This document shows positions 27,521 to 40,986 of a stretch of 64,000 bases of DNA, in pieces. Position 1 is the stretch's first letter. Each line of letters begins with the position of its first letter. This DNA comes from Nemertoderma westbladi. Taxonomy: Eukaryota; Animalia; Xenacoelomorpha. Where the stretch lies: positions 1 through 64,000 of the forward strand of contig JAUCBJ010003286.1 in assembly GCA_032718475.1 (NCBI GenBank), in the 5' to 3' direction. The position numbers were made by a program, and so were the translations under genes. The notes under the pieces are model-generated. The model saw only the letters and a list, made by a program, of their open reading frames with translations, was not told the origin of the DNA and ran no database searches.

Positions 27521-28011
27521 GTTCATTCGTACAACAAATTAAAGATGTTCAATTTCATTAAAGATTGGTGAGCGATTAGCCTTTAAACATTAGCCGACAT
27601 AGATGCTCATACCGAATTAATTTTATGTCAAACAGGAAAATGGAAAACTATAATCCAGGCAGGATGAAGAAGAGAGTGGAGGGAAATTCAAAGAGTAGGC
27701 CTAATAAAATGTTTTGTTTATTTTCTAATACTAATGCAGTAACAGTGAACTTCAGGAAACCTGACTGGCTGGCGTATTGCCTACTACAGTACTGCTATGT
27801 TGTGATATGTTGCAATATCACACGTGGGGGTGTTGGTGATTTGAGTGAATATTAATACATAAATTGTATTAATGTGAATGTGTGGGCTGTAGCTGCCTGA
27901 TTGTGAGTTGTGAGAGTGGGCCCCTACTTAGAATTTAGAAAGGGGGTTAAACCTAACATCCCCGTGTTAATTGAATTTTATAAACATATAATTATTTAGG
28001 CCTACTCACTC

Positions 28012-28635
28012 ATGGCAGTGGATAACCGTGTGATCGTGTTGGTGGATATGGACGGTGTATTGGCCGACTTTGAGAGAAGTTTTCTATCAGAATATCGATC
28101 CATGTATCCCGGAAAACCGTCAGTGGAACTTAAAGACAGAAGGGGATTCTGGATCGATTCACAGTACGAAGAAATACAATCTGGTTTGGGCAAACTTGTT
28201 GATGGTGTTATTAACAGGGTTGGATTTTTCCGTAATCTTCCAATTTATCCCGGTGCTAAAGAAGGTTTAGAGGGTTTGAGGAGTGTGGAGGGTGTTGACG
28301 TGTTCATCTGTACAAGTCCACCTTCGATGTGCAACCCCTGTGTTACGGAAAAATATGAGTGGGTTGAGGCCCATTTGGGGGAGTATTGGTTGTCAAGGGT
28401 TATATTAACTAAAGATAAAACATTAGTATTCGGCGATTTCTTATTGGACGACAAGCCGGATATACATGGTTGCTGTAGCAACCCGTTTTGGCAGCAGATA
28501 CTAGTGGAGCAACCATATAACGATTTCAATTCTTCTCATTTAAAACGTTTCCATTCTTGGACAAAAGACTTCGATTGGCTACAACAGATAATATTGGATA
28601 AACTCTACGAAAAACGTGGCACTGCCTGCTCTTAG
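28012..28635 (+). CDS. NT5C: 5'(3')-deoxyribonucleotidase (HAD superfamily, NT5C/NT5M family), single exon
   Basis: 207 aa with VLVDMDGVLADF, FICTSP, EKYEWV and ILTKDKT..GDFLLDDKP motifs. No N-terminal mitochondrial leader within the ORF. Confidence 0.93.
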   Translation: MAVDNRVIVLVDMDGVLADFERSFLSEYRSMYPGKPSVELKDRRGFWIDSQYEEIQSGLGKLVDGVINRVGFFRNLPIYPGAKEGLEGLRSVEGVDVFICTSPPSMCNPCVTEKYEWVEAHLGEYWLSRVILTKDKTLVFGDFLLDDKPDIHGCCSNPFWQQILVEQPYNDFNSSHLKRFHSWTKDFDWLQQIILDKLYEKRGTACS

Positions 28636-28762
28636 TTCATATTTAATATTTCATGAAAGTTTGTAGACTTAGGTTAGATTAATTTTAATTCACTCTGATA
28701 CTGCTGTTCCAAAACCGCAAGTTTCGCTGGATCATTTGTACCTACTGCTACTGGTATAGTAG

Positions 28763-28998
28763 CCCATGTGAAGAATACAAGGTTTTTCATTTTTCGGATT
28801 TTTATTTTATTGGAATTTTATATTTGAAGAATTTGTATTTTTTAATGAGATTTCTCCACATTAAGTGTTTTATATCGTTTTATTCCTTACAGTATTTTAT
28901 AACCCGTACAGATACTTATTCGTTTATTGTTTTGGTTAGATTCAGCCCAGTCTGCAAACTGGGTTTTTAGTAAAAACCTGGTATTCTTCACATTTGGG
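28763..28998. mobile_element. MITE, second copy of the 547-782 family
   Basis: CCCATGTGAAGAATAC...GTATTCTTCACATTTGGG; shared interior TTCGTTTATTGTTTTGGTTAGATTCAGCCC. Confidence 0.78.
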
Positions 28999-29411
28999 TA
29001 AACTGTAAAATGAAATAATATTTATAAATAATAAAATAAAAGCACATTTATGGAATGTTATTTATCTATATTTATCGAATACACAATTTCCTTAGCTCAA
29101 TGATTACTACAGTACAGTAGCTGTACTGCATACTGCCTGATTCGTCAGACTTATCCCACAATCCCACCACTTAACGTTGAGTTGAGCGTGAACCGGGAGA
29201 ATCAACCCGTTACCTCATGCGAGAATTGAAAAATGTCGTTTTAGTTTAGGAGAGTTTTAACGGGGTTCATTATTAGCCAATCAGAGCATTTCATTGCTAG
29301 ACCTCTGATCCTCTGAAACTGACAATTTGCTACAGTAGTAACCTTAGAATTAGCTACCCTTGTTGAAATAATTAAAAAAATTGTTAGTCCCTAGAGCCGT
29401 TTTGAATTTAA

Positions 29412-29518
29412 TCACTCACTCACTCCCACACTCACTCACTCCCACACTCACTCACTCCCACACTCACTCACTCCCACACTCACTCCCCAACTCACTCACT
29501 CCTACACTCACTCACTCT
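29412..29518. repeat. CACT/CACTCCCA simple repeat
   Basis: Directly visible, immediately 5' of the CRE-like fragment. Confidence 0.9.
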
Positions 29519-29519
29519 A

Positions 29520-30736
29520 CATAGGGCAACTGGCCATGCCCCCGCAGCCTACATTGAACTTCAGTCAGTCAAACCGAACCACTGGTGTCACAAATCCTGC
29601 ATCATCCCCCTTTTAACCCCCATATCACCTCAGCCCTTGCTTCTCTAGCAAAGAACGGTAAAGAACCGGATTGGACCTCTTTGGAAGCCCTCCACGCCCC
29701 CTATCACCCAGAAAAACTCTCATTCTATTGACCTAGCTTTATATGAGCACTTCCAGTTCCTTTCCTCTACCCCCAGCACTAGGTCTAACGCCCTAGCCAA
29801 CTCGACCTCTCTGCCACACTCTGGAGACTGGCTCCACACTGTTCGTTCTGAGAACTTAGGTCTTCACTTCCTCGATGCCGAGTTTCGGTATTCGGTGTGC
29901 TACTGGCTTGGTATGTGTATGAGCTCCACTGCATCCCCTTGCCCCATTTGTGCCTCGACCTCAGACAGACCCCTACCACGGAGATCACCATGTTGGATGC
30001 AGTGGTGAGAGGGACCGGACGCCCACAGACAGACCCCTACCACGGAGATCACCATGTTGGATGCAGTGGTGAGAGGGACCGGATTGCCCGCCACAACTCA
30101 CTCCGGAACGCTGTATTCTTAGCTGCCCAATCAGCAGCCTTAGCGCCCCGGAGTGAAGTTCCAGGCCTCATCCTAGGTTCCCACAGCCGCCCTGCTGACA
30201 TTTTCATGCCGAACTGGCATCATGGTCACTAAATGGCCCTAGATGTTACAGTGATCCGTAACTGTGTAACTGTAGATGGTGCTGCTGCTGATGCAGGCCA
30301 CACTCAAATCATTGCCAGAGACCGCAAACTTGCTGCTCACTTGGATGAGTGCATGAAATCCGGAGTTGGCTTCACTCCGCTTATTGTTGAAATCTTGGTC
30401 TTGGGGGGTGGGATTCCCACTCATCCTCCACCATCCGTGAGATTGCCAGACTGCAAGGCCTCAGGCGAGGAATCCCGTTAGGGGAAGCCATCCGTCACCT
30501 CTTCCAACGGCTCTCTGTCTGCTTGTGGCGCGGGAACTCTGCCATGTGGTTGCGTAGAATCCCCACCCTCCACCCCTCTGTGGTTGGTGTCCGGTAGTGC
30601 GCAATAGATTGCCCCCATTGCCTGTTGATTCTCCTGCCAGTCTGTCCTGCTGCTATTATACTGTAGCCACTGTTTTATTGTGTCGTGTTATTTTTACATT
30701 TAATCTAATGAAATTATGTCTTACTTGTAAATAAAA
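29520..30736 (+). mobile_element. CRE-like non-LTR retrotransposon 3' fragment (restriction-like endonuclease domain)
   Basis: GDHHVGC...RIARHNSLRN...RPADIF...ALDVTV...FTPLIVE...RHLFQRLSVCLWRGNSAM. It has a ~64-bp internal duplication (29962/30026), ends in AATAAAA, and appears nested in a MITE (~29388-30991). Confidence 0.8.
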
Positions 30737-32106
30737 GCCGAAATCATGGCGGAAATCTTAGCCGAATTCTGTACCGAAAAATATGCCGATTTCTAGATCG
30801 AAAACTTGGCAGAAATCAAAGTTGAAATCTATGCTGAAAACTTGGCAGAAATCTAAGTCGTAATCTTGGCTGAAAAATAAGCTGAAATCTAAAACGTAAT
30901 CTTCGATGAAAAGTAAGCTGAAATCTAAGCCGAAATCTTGACCAAAATTTAAGCAGAAATCGCTGTCGTTAGTGAATTTGGCTTGTAGAGGTACGAATAA
31001 TTTTTCACAACATCGTGCAGATAGTGGGGGGACTTTCGACCAAATAAAAATTCAACCCTGTCCAGGAAAAAATCGATGAAAATAACAGCTGCATACTGCC
31101 AAAACTGTATCCTGTCCTATTGACTTTCGTTTATTGTTTTGGTTAGAAAATAATGTGCTACTGTAACCTGGTCCTTTTCCTTAATTGATAATTTAACAAT
31201 CAGACGAGATATATTATGAGATGGGATTTGCACTGGAATTTGCAATTATTGATATCATTAGAAAATATATGTAATTGTATTTTTTTGTTGTTTAATAGTC
31301 GTCAGGTCGCGTTACCTGTATGATCATAATTCATGTTTTTATTGTAGTTATGGCAACTAAATAATTATTCATTTGTGCTAATAATATTATTATTAACGAT
31401 TTGGCATTATTACTGTAGTTGTTGAGAGATTCAGGGTTGGTTTGGTTAGCCAGATTACTACTAGTGTGTGTGTGTTGAGTTCCAGTTGTTGTAGTTGCAC
31501 CAGATTGGGCACTATGTTGCCCTGACAACAACCACAGAAAAACCTGGCATTATACAGCAGTCCGGGGAACCCTATTGGTCGGTTCATGTAAGTGCCCTGG
31601 TTGGGTTGAACTGAAGGCGCGCTGATAACATTCCCTCTTCTCTCCAAGAATAATACTGAGACCGTTCTTTATTGAACCAATGTTGTTACTTGGCCTTGTT
31701 CTGAAAGAGAGAGGAGTATAGTAGTTACTATACAGCGAGCGATATACAGTATTTATATTTTTATTGGGTTTACGAATTTTATTAACCTAAGTAAATATAT
31801 TAATTGTATATTGAACATATGTATTCAATGTTTTATTGAATTGTTAATTTCACAATTAATTCCAAACTTTATTTCTTTTACATAACCTAAAAACAGAACA
31901 ATTGTATTCTGTAATCTGAATGAATGTTGGGAAGGTACATGTTTCTTCAGTCCAGTAAATTTTTATTGCAACTCAGTTTCCATTCGCCCACCATTTTTTT
32001 ACGCATTTTTATTAAATTTCAGAAAGATTATTGTTTATTATTTTGCACAACAGTTTTGTTATATATTTTTGTCTCGGATTGTTTGTAAACTAATTTTTAA
32101 ATTATA

Positions 32107-32499
32107 ATGCCCTCCAAATCGAAGAAACAAGGTTCTAAAGCAGTTGCCAAGGGCAAAGTAGCTGCAAAGGGGCGTGGGAGGCCTTCTTCTGCTAAAGGCA
32201 AGGCTAAACCTAAGTTGGTGAAACAGTCTACCATAGCGGCAACTCAGGTTGCTTCAAAGGCAATCCTTGGGAAAGAGAAGAATAAGATTCAAGCAAGTCG
32301 TTCAGCTACCAAAGTAGAGAAAAAAGCTGCTCTTAAAAGAACCAAAACTATGGCTGATACCAAGGCTGAAGCCAACGTTATTCTGGGGGGCCAGTTGGTG
32401 GGGGATTCGAGATCCCAGACGAAAACGTTGAAGAAGGTGGCGGCGAAAGCTGAGAAAAGACCAAAGAAGTCCAAAGGGTCAAAGGGGAAAAAGAAATAA
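32107..32499 (+). CDS. Lys/Ala-rich basic protein (H1-tail/sperm-nuclear-basic-protein-like), paralogue 1
   Basis: 130-aa intact ORF, GC-richer than its flanks, with an AT-hook-like KGRGRP. Differences from paralogue 2 in the shared part are mostly synonymous. Confidence 0.75.
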   Translation: MPSKSKKQGSKAVAKGKVAAKGRGRPSSAKGKAKPKLVKQSTIAATQVASKAILGKEKNKIQASRSATKVEKKAALKRTKTMADTKAEANVILGGQLVGDSRSQTKTLKKVAAKAEKRPKKSKGSKGKKK

Positions 32500-35400
32500 A
32501 CTGATAGATGAAAGATAGGGATTTTAATTTCCTCCTGCCTATATCATACCGAACTACAATAATATATGTCTTTTTGTTTTGTTTTGTTTTATTTTATTTG
32601 TTTGTTGTTTATTTACCTGTAGTTTTAGCTCTACATATAATAACCCATGTTTTGTTTAATGTCACACCAACGCAGAGACCAACTCTATTTGAACTCTGTT
32701 TAGCCATACGGCAGTACCGTACCAACATTTGGTGGACGATGGTGGTCGTAGTTGTTTGTAACTACAGTACAGTCAGACAAGATTAATTAATATTGTAATT
32801 GTAATTCAGGGGAAAAGTTCAACCAAAGCCGTATATTATGACTGTGAATGTGCGGTATTATAGTAGAATGCGTAAACTTTACCAATTCCTTAAAATTGTA
32901 TTTCAGTTGTGTCGATTTCAGTGGTGATTTTATTTACATGGAAATTTCCTCGCCACAAATTTGTAGGTAATTTGTTTTAATTTCATTTTGGGATAACAAT
33001 AAACCGTATCTAAATATACTAGAATTATAGACAATACACTTAAAAATTACCTCAGTCACAAAATCCATTTACGATACAAATAAAATTACAATATAGTAGT
33101 ATAACATAGGGTAATAACTGCGTTTAAAACTTGTTAAATAGATTGCTTGATTCGTTGAATATTGTAATTATATAAACACCTTTTTCATTTCAATTTTCAT
33201 TTTTTCTCCATTAATTTCTTTCTTTTTTTGTGTTTATTCTTAAACTCTGACTGCGAAATAATGTCTGACTTTTCTTCTCTGTAGTTTTTCCAGTACGTCC
33301 CTCCAGTTCGATTTCATGTATTAGTATAATTGTAAATGCAGATTAAAATACATTTTTTAAAAATCACGCAATGAAAAATCATGCATAAATAACTTATATA
33401 CCCGGTAGCCAAGAAATAAAGTAAAGAAAATATAATTGTGTACTAATTAATTGTATATTGACACTTTATATTGCAGTTATTGATGTATATATTTATGATC
33501 AGTTTGTTATAAAATAACAGTTAAAATTTATTCCTGAGATGCCGACCTTTACATATCCCGTAAGGGTTTTTTTTTATGGAATTATTTTCCTATTTCGACG
33601 TATGGGACAGGCCGTAACAGTACAGCTTTACGGTTTTGTAAAACTACTCATTCTGTACCGTACAGTGTACAGTGTATATATAGACATATATATACATTGT
33701 ATATATAGTAGTCTGCACGCACAAGGCATAATTATTTGATTTCGTATTTTAGGGTTATTTGTATATTTATCGCGATTTCATTTTGTATAAATATTCGATG
33801 GTGGACTGACTCCTGAAGTATGTTGGGTATCATTGGTGGTTTGCTCGGTTATATATTAGCTGGTGTTGGCATATTTTCGCGTACCCGCCAATTAGTTACA
33901 TTGTGGGATGTTTATTTAAACTACGAAAAGTTTCGTTTGTCAATAATAATTTATTGTCTAGTTAGTGTGAGACTTTGTTTCTTCAATAAAGATAGGAACT
34001 TATGGCATTTTGTATTATAAAACTCTATTTGCTTGCTATTCGAAACCGTGGACGCAAAATATGTTGGTTTGGATTGTTATATTAACTTTTGATTAATTCC
34101 TCACCCCCAATGTATATATATATATTACTTACAACGATTTATGTTGTGTTGTTTAGTATTTATACCGAGTTGGAATGTTGTACAAATATTATATTTACTT
34201 TCATGTATCTCACTAATAAATAAATGCTTATTCAAATCTAACGCGGGTTGTGATAGGTAAAGGGTGTTTTTTCCTTCCTCGACTTATTGATGTAACAGAC
34301 TATAGACCCACATATGTTTTTGTGTGCCGCTATCACTGCTAATTGTGTACCGTGGTATACCGCCCGTATCAAGATCTCGGTCATAATCTATCTTTCAGTA
34401 AAGATTAAATTAAAAATTTATTTTTTCTGGTATAGATTGTATATGGTTAACTAAAATGGCTCAAGTGGTCCAAACCCAATGGAATACAGGGTTAAAATAA
34501 AGTGTAGTGTGTAGGTGGTGTAGTTAATGGTTTAAATTGTGTGGCGGTATGAAGCTATGCAATGCGGAAATTGAAATATCGGAGTTTAGCGTAAAATGTT
34601 CAAATTGCGTGGTGGCTAGTTTGTTAACGTAATTAATTTGACTCCAGTTTAAAGCATGAGGCGCGGTAAAGAATATTTTGTGATACGGATTTTTTAATTC
34701 TGATATAGAGGCACAAAAAATGATATCAAATTGTGGCATAAAATGTGCCGCATAGGACCTAATATTGCGCCACAAAAACTCTTACAATATAATTATATTG
34801 TAAAGTAGTTAATCACTTAATGTATTTTTAGACTATAGCACGCTCGACCTTTGTATTTAATTGGTTGTATATTAATGCTTACTTTGTTTGTATATTTGAT
34901 ACGCTATACCTCAAAGATGTACTAATGGTTAATTGTACATTGTATTTCAAAATTCCAACAAAACATCCCAATGATGTTTAGAGTTAGGCAACAACAATAT
35001 TCTATTACAACCTGCACTGGAAATAAATTGCCGGACTTTTTGGAAAAAAATATATTTCGGTTTTTTTTAGTTTAACAATGTATTTACGTAAATAAATAAT
35101 TATTTAGTCGGTTAATTTTTTGACAATAATTCATTCCAAAGTGAAACATTTTTATTTTATATTGAGATCCATTAATTTACCTTGAACGCAATGCATACGA
35201 TGCATTACATATGTTGGGCCATATACTCCGTTACTGTGGTCTACTGGTTAAACCGGGTATCACCCAACAGAATCAACTTATTAGATTTGAGCACCGACCA
35301 ATACAGCAGGCGATCAACTTGTGCGTATGGTTACCCTGGTGGCGTCACATGAGAGACAAAATTGTTGAGCAGACAAAATTACACATATCAACACAGACAT

Positions 35401-36244
35401 GCCTAGGATTCAGGCTTGATAATGTTGGCGATCTGGTAACTGATAGGGAAGTGTTGAGTGTAATCTTTCTGGGAGGTTTGGTGTGATCATGTAAGTATAA
35501 GTTCATCGATCTACATTATCACTGGGGACAAATACTAGTATGTGTCGGTCTGCACTACAGCAGGTACTCCTTTCATTGATTTTGAAATCCCCAGCAGAAA
35601 CTTCATCCATCGTTATTTAAATTCTCATTTTCCACCACTTCAAGTACAGTAACATTGCAAGTGTCAATATTGATGTCTGACTGGTAATTTAACAATTTCT
35701 CGAACACAGCCTTCCATTCATTAACTGATGATTCGGCTTAAACTTTTGAAGATTATGATTTTCGTTGGGCACAGCAGAGCAAATTCGTCAGTGATGTCCA
35801 AATGGGAATGAAGCGGTTACCTCTGATTCTTCCAAAGAAATGACTTTGGAAGATGACCAACTCTTCCGTTCTGAAGTTTACCGCGATGCTTCTATTTATT
35901 CTTCTGAAGATTTCTTGCAGTCCATAATTCCTTAAATTGCAGTAGATGATGATAGAGAATGTTTGATAATTTAATTGCCGTTGATTTTCTGAACTTTTTT
36001 TTTATATCTCCCGAAACTTTACAAATCCATTATTTTCCTTTGGGGTTGGGTGAATTTTCAGATCTATATATAAAATAAACATTGTTCACTTTATGGAATC
36101 CGATATTGTCCACCGAAACCTCAGTTTCCTGAATTTACTGAGAAATAGTTACGGGGTTTGCTTAGGAACTGTTCCCTACTACGCAGATATTTAACGTTAT
36201 TATTTTTACTAAATAGACCATAATAATTAGTAATAATAGCTAAT

Positions 36245-36712
36245 ATGTCTTTAAAGAAACAAGGAACAATGGATCTCACTGCAAAGGAAGGCATTAAGTA
36301 TCTCAAAAGATCTGGTAAACACCATCTGTTAAAGATTCAAGGACTGAAGTCGCTATCAGTAGGTGTTGGAGGATCGCAGACTAAGCCGAGTAAGCCTTCA
36401 TTGACTAAAGGCAAAGCCAAACCCAAGTTGGTGAAACAGTCTACCATAGCGGCCACTCAGGTTGCTTCAAACGCAATCCTTGGGAAAGAGAAGAATAAGA
36501 TTCAAGCAAGTCGTTCAGCTACCAAAGTAGAGAAAAAAGCTGCTCTTAAAAGAACCAAAACTATGGCTGATACCAAGGCTGAAGCCAACGTTATTCTGGG
36601 GGGCCAGTTGGTGGGGGATTCGAGATCCCAGACGAAAACGTTGAAGAAGGTAGCGGCGAAAGCTGAGAAAAGACCAAAGAAGTCCAAAGGGTCAAAGGGG
36701 AAAAAAAAATAA
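36245..36712 (+). CDS. Lys/Ala-rich basic protein, paralogue 2
   Basis: 155-aa intact ORF; the last ~101 codons are near-identical to 32194-32499, with a different N-terminus. Confidence 0.75.
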   Translation: MSLKKQGTMDLTAKEGIKYLKRSGKHHLLKIQGLKSLSVGVGGSQTKPSKPSLTKGKAKPKLVKQSTIAATQVASNAILGKEKNKIQASRSATKVEKKAALKRTKTMADTKAEANVILGGQLVGDSRSQTKTLKKVAAKAEKRPKKSKGSKGKKK

Positions 36713-37249
36713 ACCATTGAAGGGAAATATTCCTATTGGCTCTCTAAGTCTTACATGTAGTATTTATTCTTCTAGTTGTGACAATAATTAATGGCTTGTG
36801 TTAACGTTTGTTTTATTTATTCCGCGCAAATTATCGTTAATATCATTACTACCAACAACTACTTAAATTTCCTACCGCTAGATTCAGTTGTTAATTTAAA
36901 TTCTGTACAGTATATATAATATTTAAGAAAATTGGAAAGAATATTGGCAAAATTTTTTAAATTTGACCTTTCAAATTTTATTAAATATTTTCCCTAAAAA
37001 TTTTGAAGATTTTATTCGAAAATGGAGGTAGAACAGAGTGATTATAAAAAATATAGAAATGTATATTGTCTTTTTTCACTGAATGACTTTACTTTGACTG
37101 GCTCATTCTAATCGCAATGGTCAACTTAGTGGGTCTAGACACCTTCAAAACAACAGTAAATTTGGTGTGAGTAAATATGTAATGAGGAAGGAGGTGAAAT
37201 ATTTTTATATTACTTGGAATCTCGTTAAGATTTCCACTTCCGAAAAAGA

Positions 37250-37960
37250 TGTCCAGTGCTGTTTATATTAATTCCATTGGATTCAACACCGTTATGAACC
37301 CGTATAGCAAAAGAAACAATATGATACTACAGTATATATTGATCAAATTGCTTATTTTCCAAAATTTTGGCTGGCGCAACTTTCCTTTCACCTTTCACCC
37401 ACCGCCAAAAAATACAAGTTTAATAATTCTTATGCAGTTTGTACCTATTCCATTGAATTCAGAACCCTCACAAACCATTATGACGCAAGTAACAAGATGA
37501 CACAATCAATTGATATAGGCCTATGTGATGGTTTCAAAATTTGGTGCCAGCACCAAATTTTGCACCAACTTCCGAATAATAGAAGTTTGAGATGTCTAAT
37601 TAGATTTTCATTTAAATTCCATTGAATTCAGAACCAACAAAAACCTGTAAAATGTTATTCGTTTAAAGTATTGTATGTATTTTCAAAATTTCCGGCTGGC
37701 ACCAAAATTTGCACTTAGCATCGAAAAATACAAGTTTGATATATGTGGTGCAACTCGTGTATATTCCATCGAAATCAGTACCCCGAAAACCCCTATTACG
37801 CAAAGAAAAAACAGGTCCACACAATCAATTTACAATATTGACATATTTTCAAATTTTAGTGCTAGCACCAAATTTTGGCACCCGCAGAAGAAAACACATT
37901 TGACATTTCTAACTTATTTTATATGAATTCCAACTAATTGCGAACACCAAAAAACCAGAG
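37250..37960. repeat. Degenerate ~150-190-bp tandem repeat, 4-5 copies
   Basis: Recurring ATTCCATTGAATTCAGAACC and TTTTCAAAATTT..GC..GCACCAAA motifs. Confidence 0.6.
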
Positions 37961-39570
37961 TAAATCAAAAATATAGAAGTTACTAATCATGTTTCATGAA
38001 AAGTAATTATCAAAAAATGTTTGAAAAATAGTGCAAAGAGTAGGGGGTTAAATATGGTGCTAATAACTCGAAAAGTTCCCCATATATTTTTAAGAGCCGT
38101 TTTCACTATTAGGAAGACAATTGATTTTTTTTCACAATTTAGGAGTTATAACAAAAAAAAAATAAGGACATATGATATAGGCCAATTAGGTATGTAGGCC
38201 CCTACTATTTAATATGTTTTGCGTTTTAAATTTTAAAAAGGATTTTGGGTTCCATTTTGTTTACCTTTGATTTATCAAGTCTTTTGTGAGTTTAGTAGGA
38301 CCGATTATGTAACTATACACTTATTTAAATAATACGTTATAGAATATTGCGTATTTAAGAAATAGAATGTTGAAATAGTTAGCATCCAGCAAAATATATT
38401 TTTTGTAATTTTTAGACGCATATCTCTGCAGTTTCTCATCGAAACTCGGACATTGTTAATTAAAATTTGGAATCAAAGAATAGAAAATAAAAAGCTTATA
38501 AAAAGTTGGAGGGGAAATAAAATACACCATGCCCCGGAATGTAGTGTCGTAATTCAATGACACGATCCCCCACCCCCCCCCCCCCCCCCCCCCAAATTTT
38601 TCTACAAATCGTAATGGGATTGCATGAAATTTGAAACAGAGATAGTTCCACCTCCCGACCACTTATTTGGTAAGCCATAATTCGCAGTTATTATTCACCT
38701 TATAGCTGTTTGTTGGAAAGCTGGCCGTGCAAGACCATCCAAATATGCAACACAATCTGAATTTCGTTGAAAAATTACTGAGATATGGGCGTAAAAGTTG
38801 CATGGTTTTGCGACTGCGCGAGGCTATTTTATTCTATTAAATAAAATCACCATATTCTAGAACATTTTGTTAATACATGGTGGATAGTTCAACATGGTAG
38901 AACATGGTTGAACAAGTTGTGTTTAAATTAAAAAAAAATTATAAAGGATTAATAAAAAGCCAGTATGTTATGGGTCATGGTGAATGTGTGAATTTACTGT
39001 AACAAGTATTGTCTGGGAAACTGAAATTAATTCGAGAGCAATAAATAATATTGTAATTTATTATATTTACAACAAGGCGTTAGTAAATAGTTAAACTATC
39101 TACAAGTAAATAGTTATACTATACAGTGGCACTAGTTATTAAACAACGCATGGGCCTGCCCAATACTTAAATACACAATAATAGGGCTACGGAGGTTATG
39201 GATCTACATTCCCTTGAATTCTGGACGAAAAACTAACAAAGAAAACTTCTAAGTTGAAAATCCGGTCCCTGAGTTAAGGCCCGTTCAGAGATACAAAATA
39301 TTGGAAAGCTCAATAACAGGGCAATCGGTATTGTTTCGATACTCGTACCTACCCTTTCGAATTTTTTTATACTAGCTAGTTTTATTACATATAATTTTAT
39401 TACTAGCTAAATACAATTTTTTGTATTTACAATGTTCTAGAACAAGTCTCCTTGATATTATACATTCAAATTAACATCAAAATATGATGCCATAAATTTT
39501 CCAAAAATGGGGCCCAAGGCAACACTACTCTAATGCCTTTGCTACTTTTTTAAAATGTTCGGAAACAGTT

Positions 39571-40175
39571 CCGTATGCAGTCGCATTTTTATAACATAAT
39601 TCATTGTTACCATGGCAACATTGTAGAGTTCTAGAACAAAATATAATTATTATACACTATTCTAGAACATGAATTAAATAAAAAATATAATGTGCTAGAA
39701 AATATAGCTAGTCATTTTTCAAACTTAAAATGGCTAGTAATTAACAAAAACTACGTTTTTATAACATAAATCATTGTTACCCTGCAAAAAAATGTAAACT
39801 GCTATAATATCCACAATATTTTTTGTCATTAATATATTCTGCATCAGTTTAAACATGAAATATCAATGTTTTCACAATTTTTTATAATTACAATAAATAC
39901 TCAGTAAATAAACACTAGCTACCATAAAAAACATATCTACTAATGTTATAATGTTTTAGAAACAAAAAAATTGCAGTATTTTAAGAAATTTCAAAAAAAA
40001 TGTTAATATATAATAAATCATGTTTTCAAAATTACTAGCTAGTCGATTAGCTAATGTTCTAGAACACAATATTTTTTTGAAAATTGTTGCAATGAAGTCA
40101 GTGGTGATATTACTATGCTAAAATTACATCATTTCATTAATTAATATCAAAATATCAAATGCGACTGCATACGGA
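39571..40175. mobile_element. MITE with TCCGTATGCAGTCGCATTT TIRs
   Basis: TIR at ~39570 and inverse AAATGCGACTGCATACGGA at ~40157; interior rich in TTCTAGAAC/CTAGCTAG. Confidence 0.7.
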
Positions 40176-40293
40176 GCTCTAGGCAAATGTTCTAGAATAT
40201 GTTAGCCATTTAATTTAAAAAACAGTTGTTCTAGAACAAATTCTTCTGGAACATTTTTAAAACACAACTTTAAAATAATGTTGATGAAATATA

Positions 40294-40986
40294 AATACCT
40301 GAGTGTTTAAAGTTCATCTATCCCATCATAGTAGACATGTACCGAACAACAAGAGTCCCACAAGAAATGAAAACAAATAAGTTGGTGCCAGTTCCCAAGA
40401 AGGGCAACCTAACATTCTATGGTTCTTTTCGGGGAATTTCATTGATCTCTTTCCAGGATTTGGAAGTGACTGAGAATTAATCGGAAACTTAAGGTCCGAT
40501 TATTTAGAGCAGCAGTAGTTCCAGTACTCCTCTACGGGAGCCCATGCTGGGCTCTAACTGCTGAGGACACCAAATCTCTGGATGGCACATTCACAAGAAT
40601 GCTACGCCGGTTCATTGTGTCAAGTACAATGCACACATATCCAACCAGACACTATATAACATTGGAGGTGTCTCATTGGTTCCCCCAAGCTTGACAATAG
40701 AACAAAATCGCCTCCGCTTTGCAGGACATTGCTTTCGCCGTGAGGACAAGCCAGTGCATAATCTTGTACTTTGGAAGCCTCATGGAGTGAATAAGCATGG
40801 TGGACAGCCCATGACTTTCTTGAGACGCATCTTAAAGGACACTGGCCTTGAAGATGCGGATGATCTAGCAAATGTCATGGGTGATAGGGAGTTGTGGCGG
40901 CGCAATTTTGTCGACAAGCCGGCACAACATTCTTAAAAATGCAGCTGCAATGCAGCATGCCGATCCTAGTAGTAGTAGTAGTAGTA
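40294..40986 (+). mobile_element. Internally deleted RTE copy with 11-bp TSD
   Basis: TSD GATGAAATATA at 40283-40293 and 40987-40997; (TAG)n tail; the junction at ~40449 removes ~815 nt of RT. Confidence 0.92.

Noticed and set aside
31393-31705. GC-richer block with an acceptor-like site on the minus strand
   Set aside because: All three frames from the acceptor hit stops; no recognisable domain.
35211-35930. 91-aa plus-strand ORF and adjacent protein-like frames
   Set aside because: The opposite strand shows stop-riddled LINE-like peptides (NEWKAVFEKLLN, KLILLGD); probably old TE debris.
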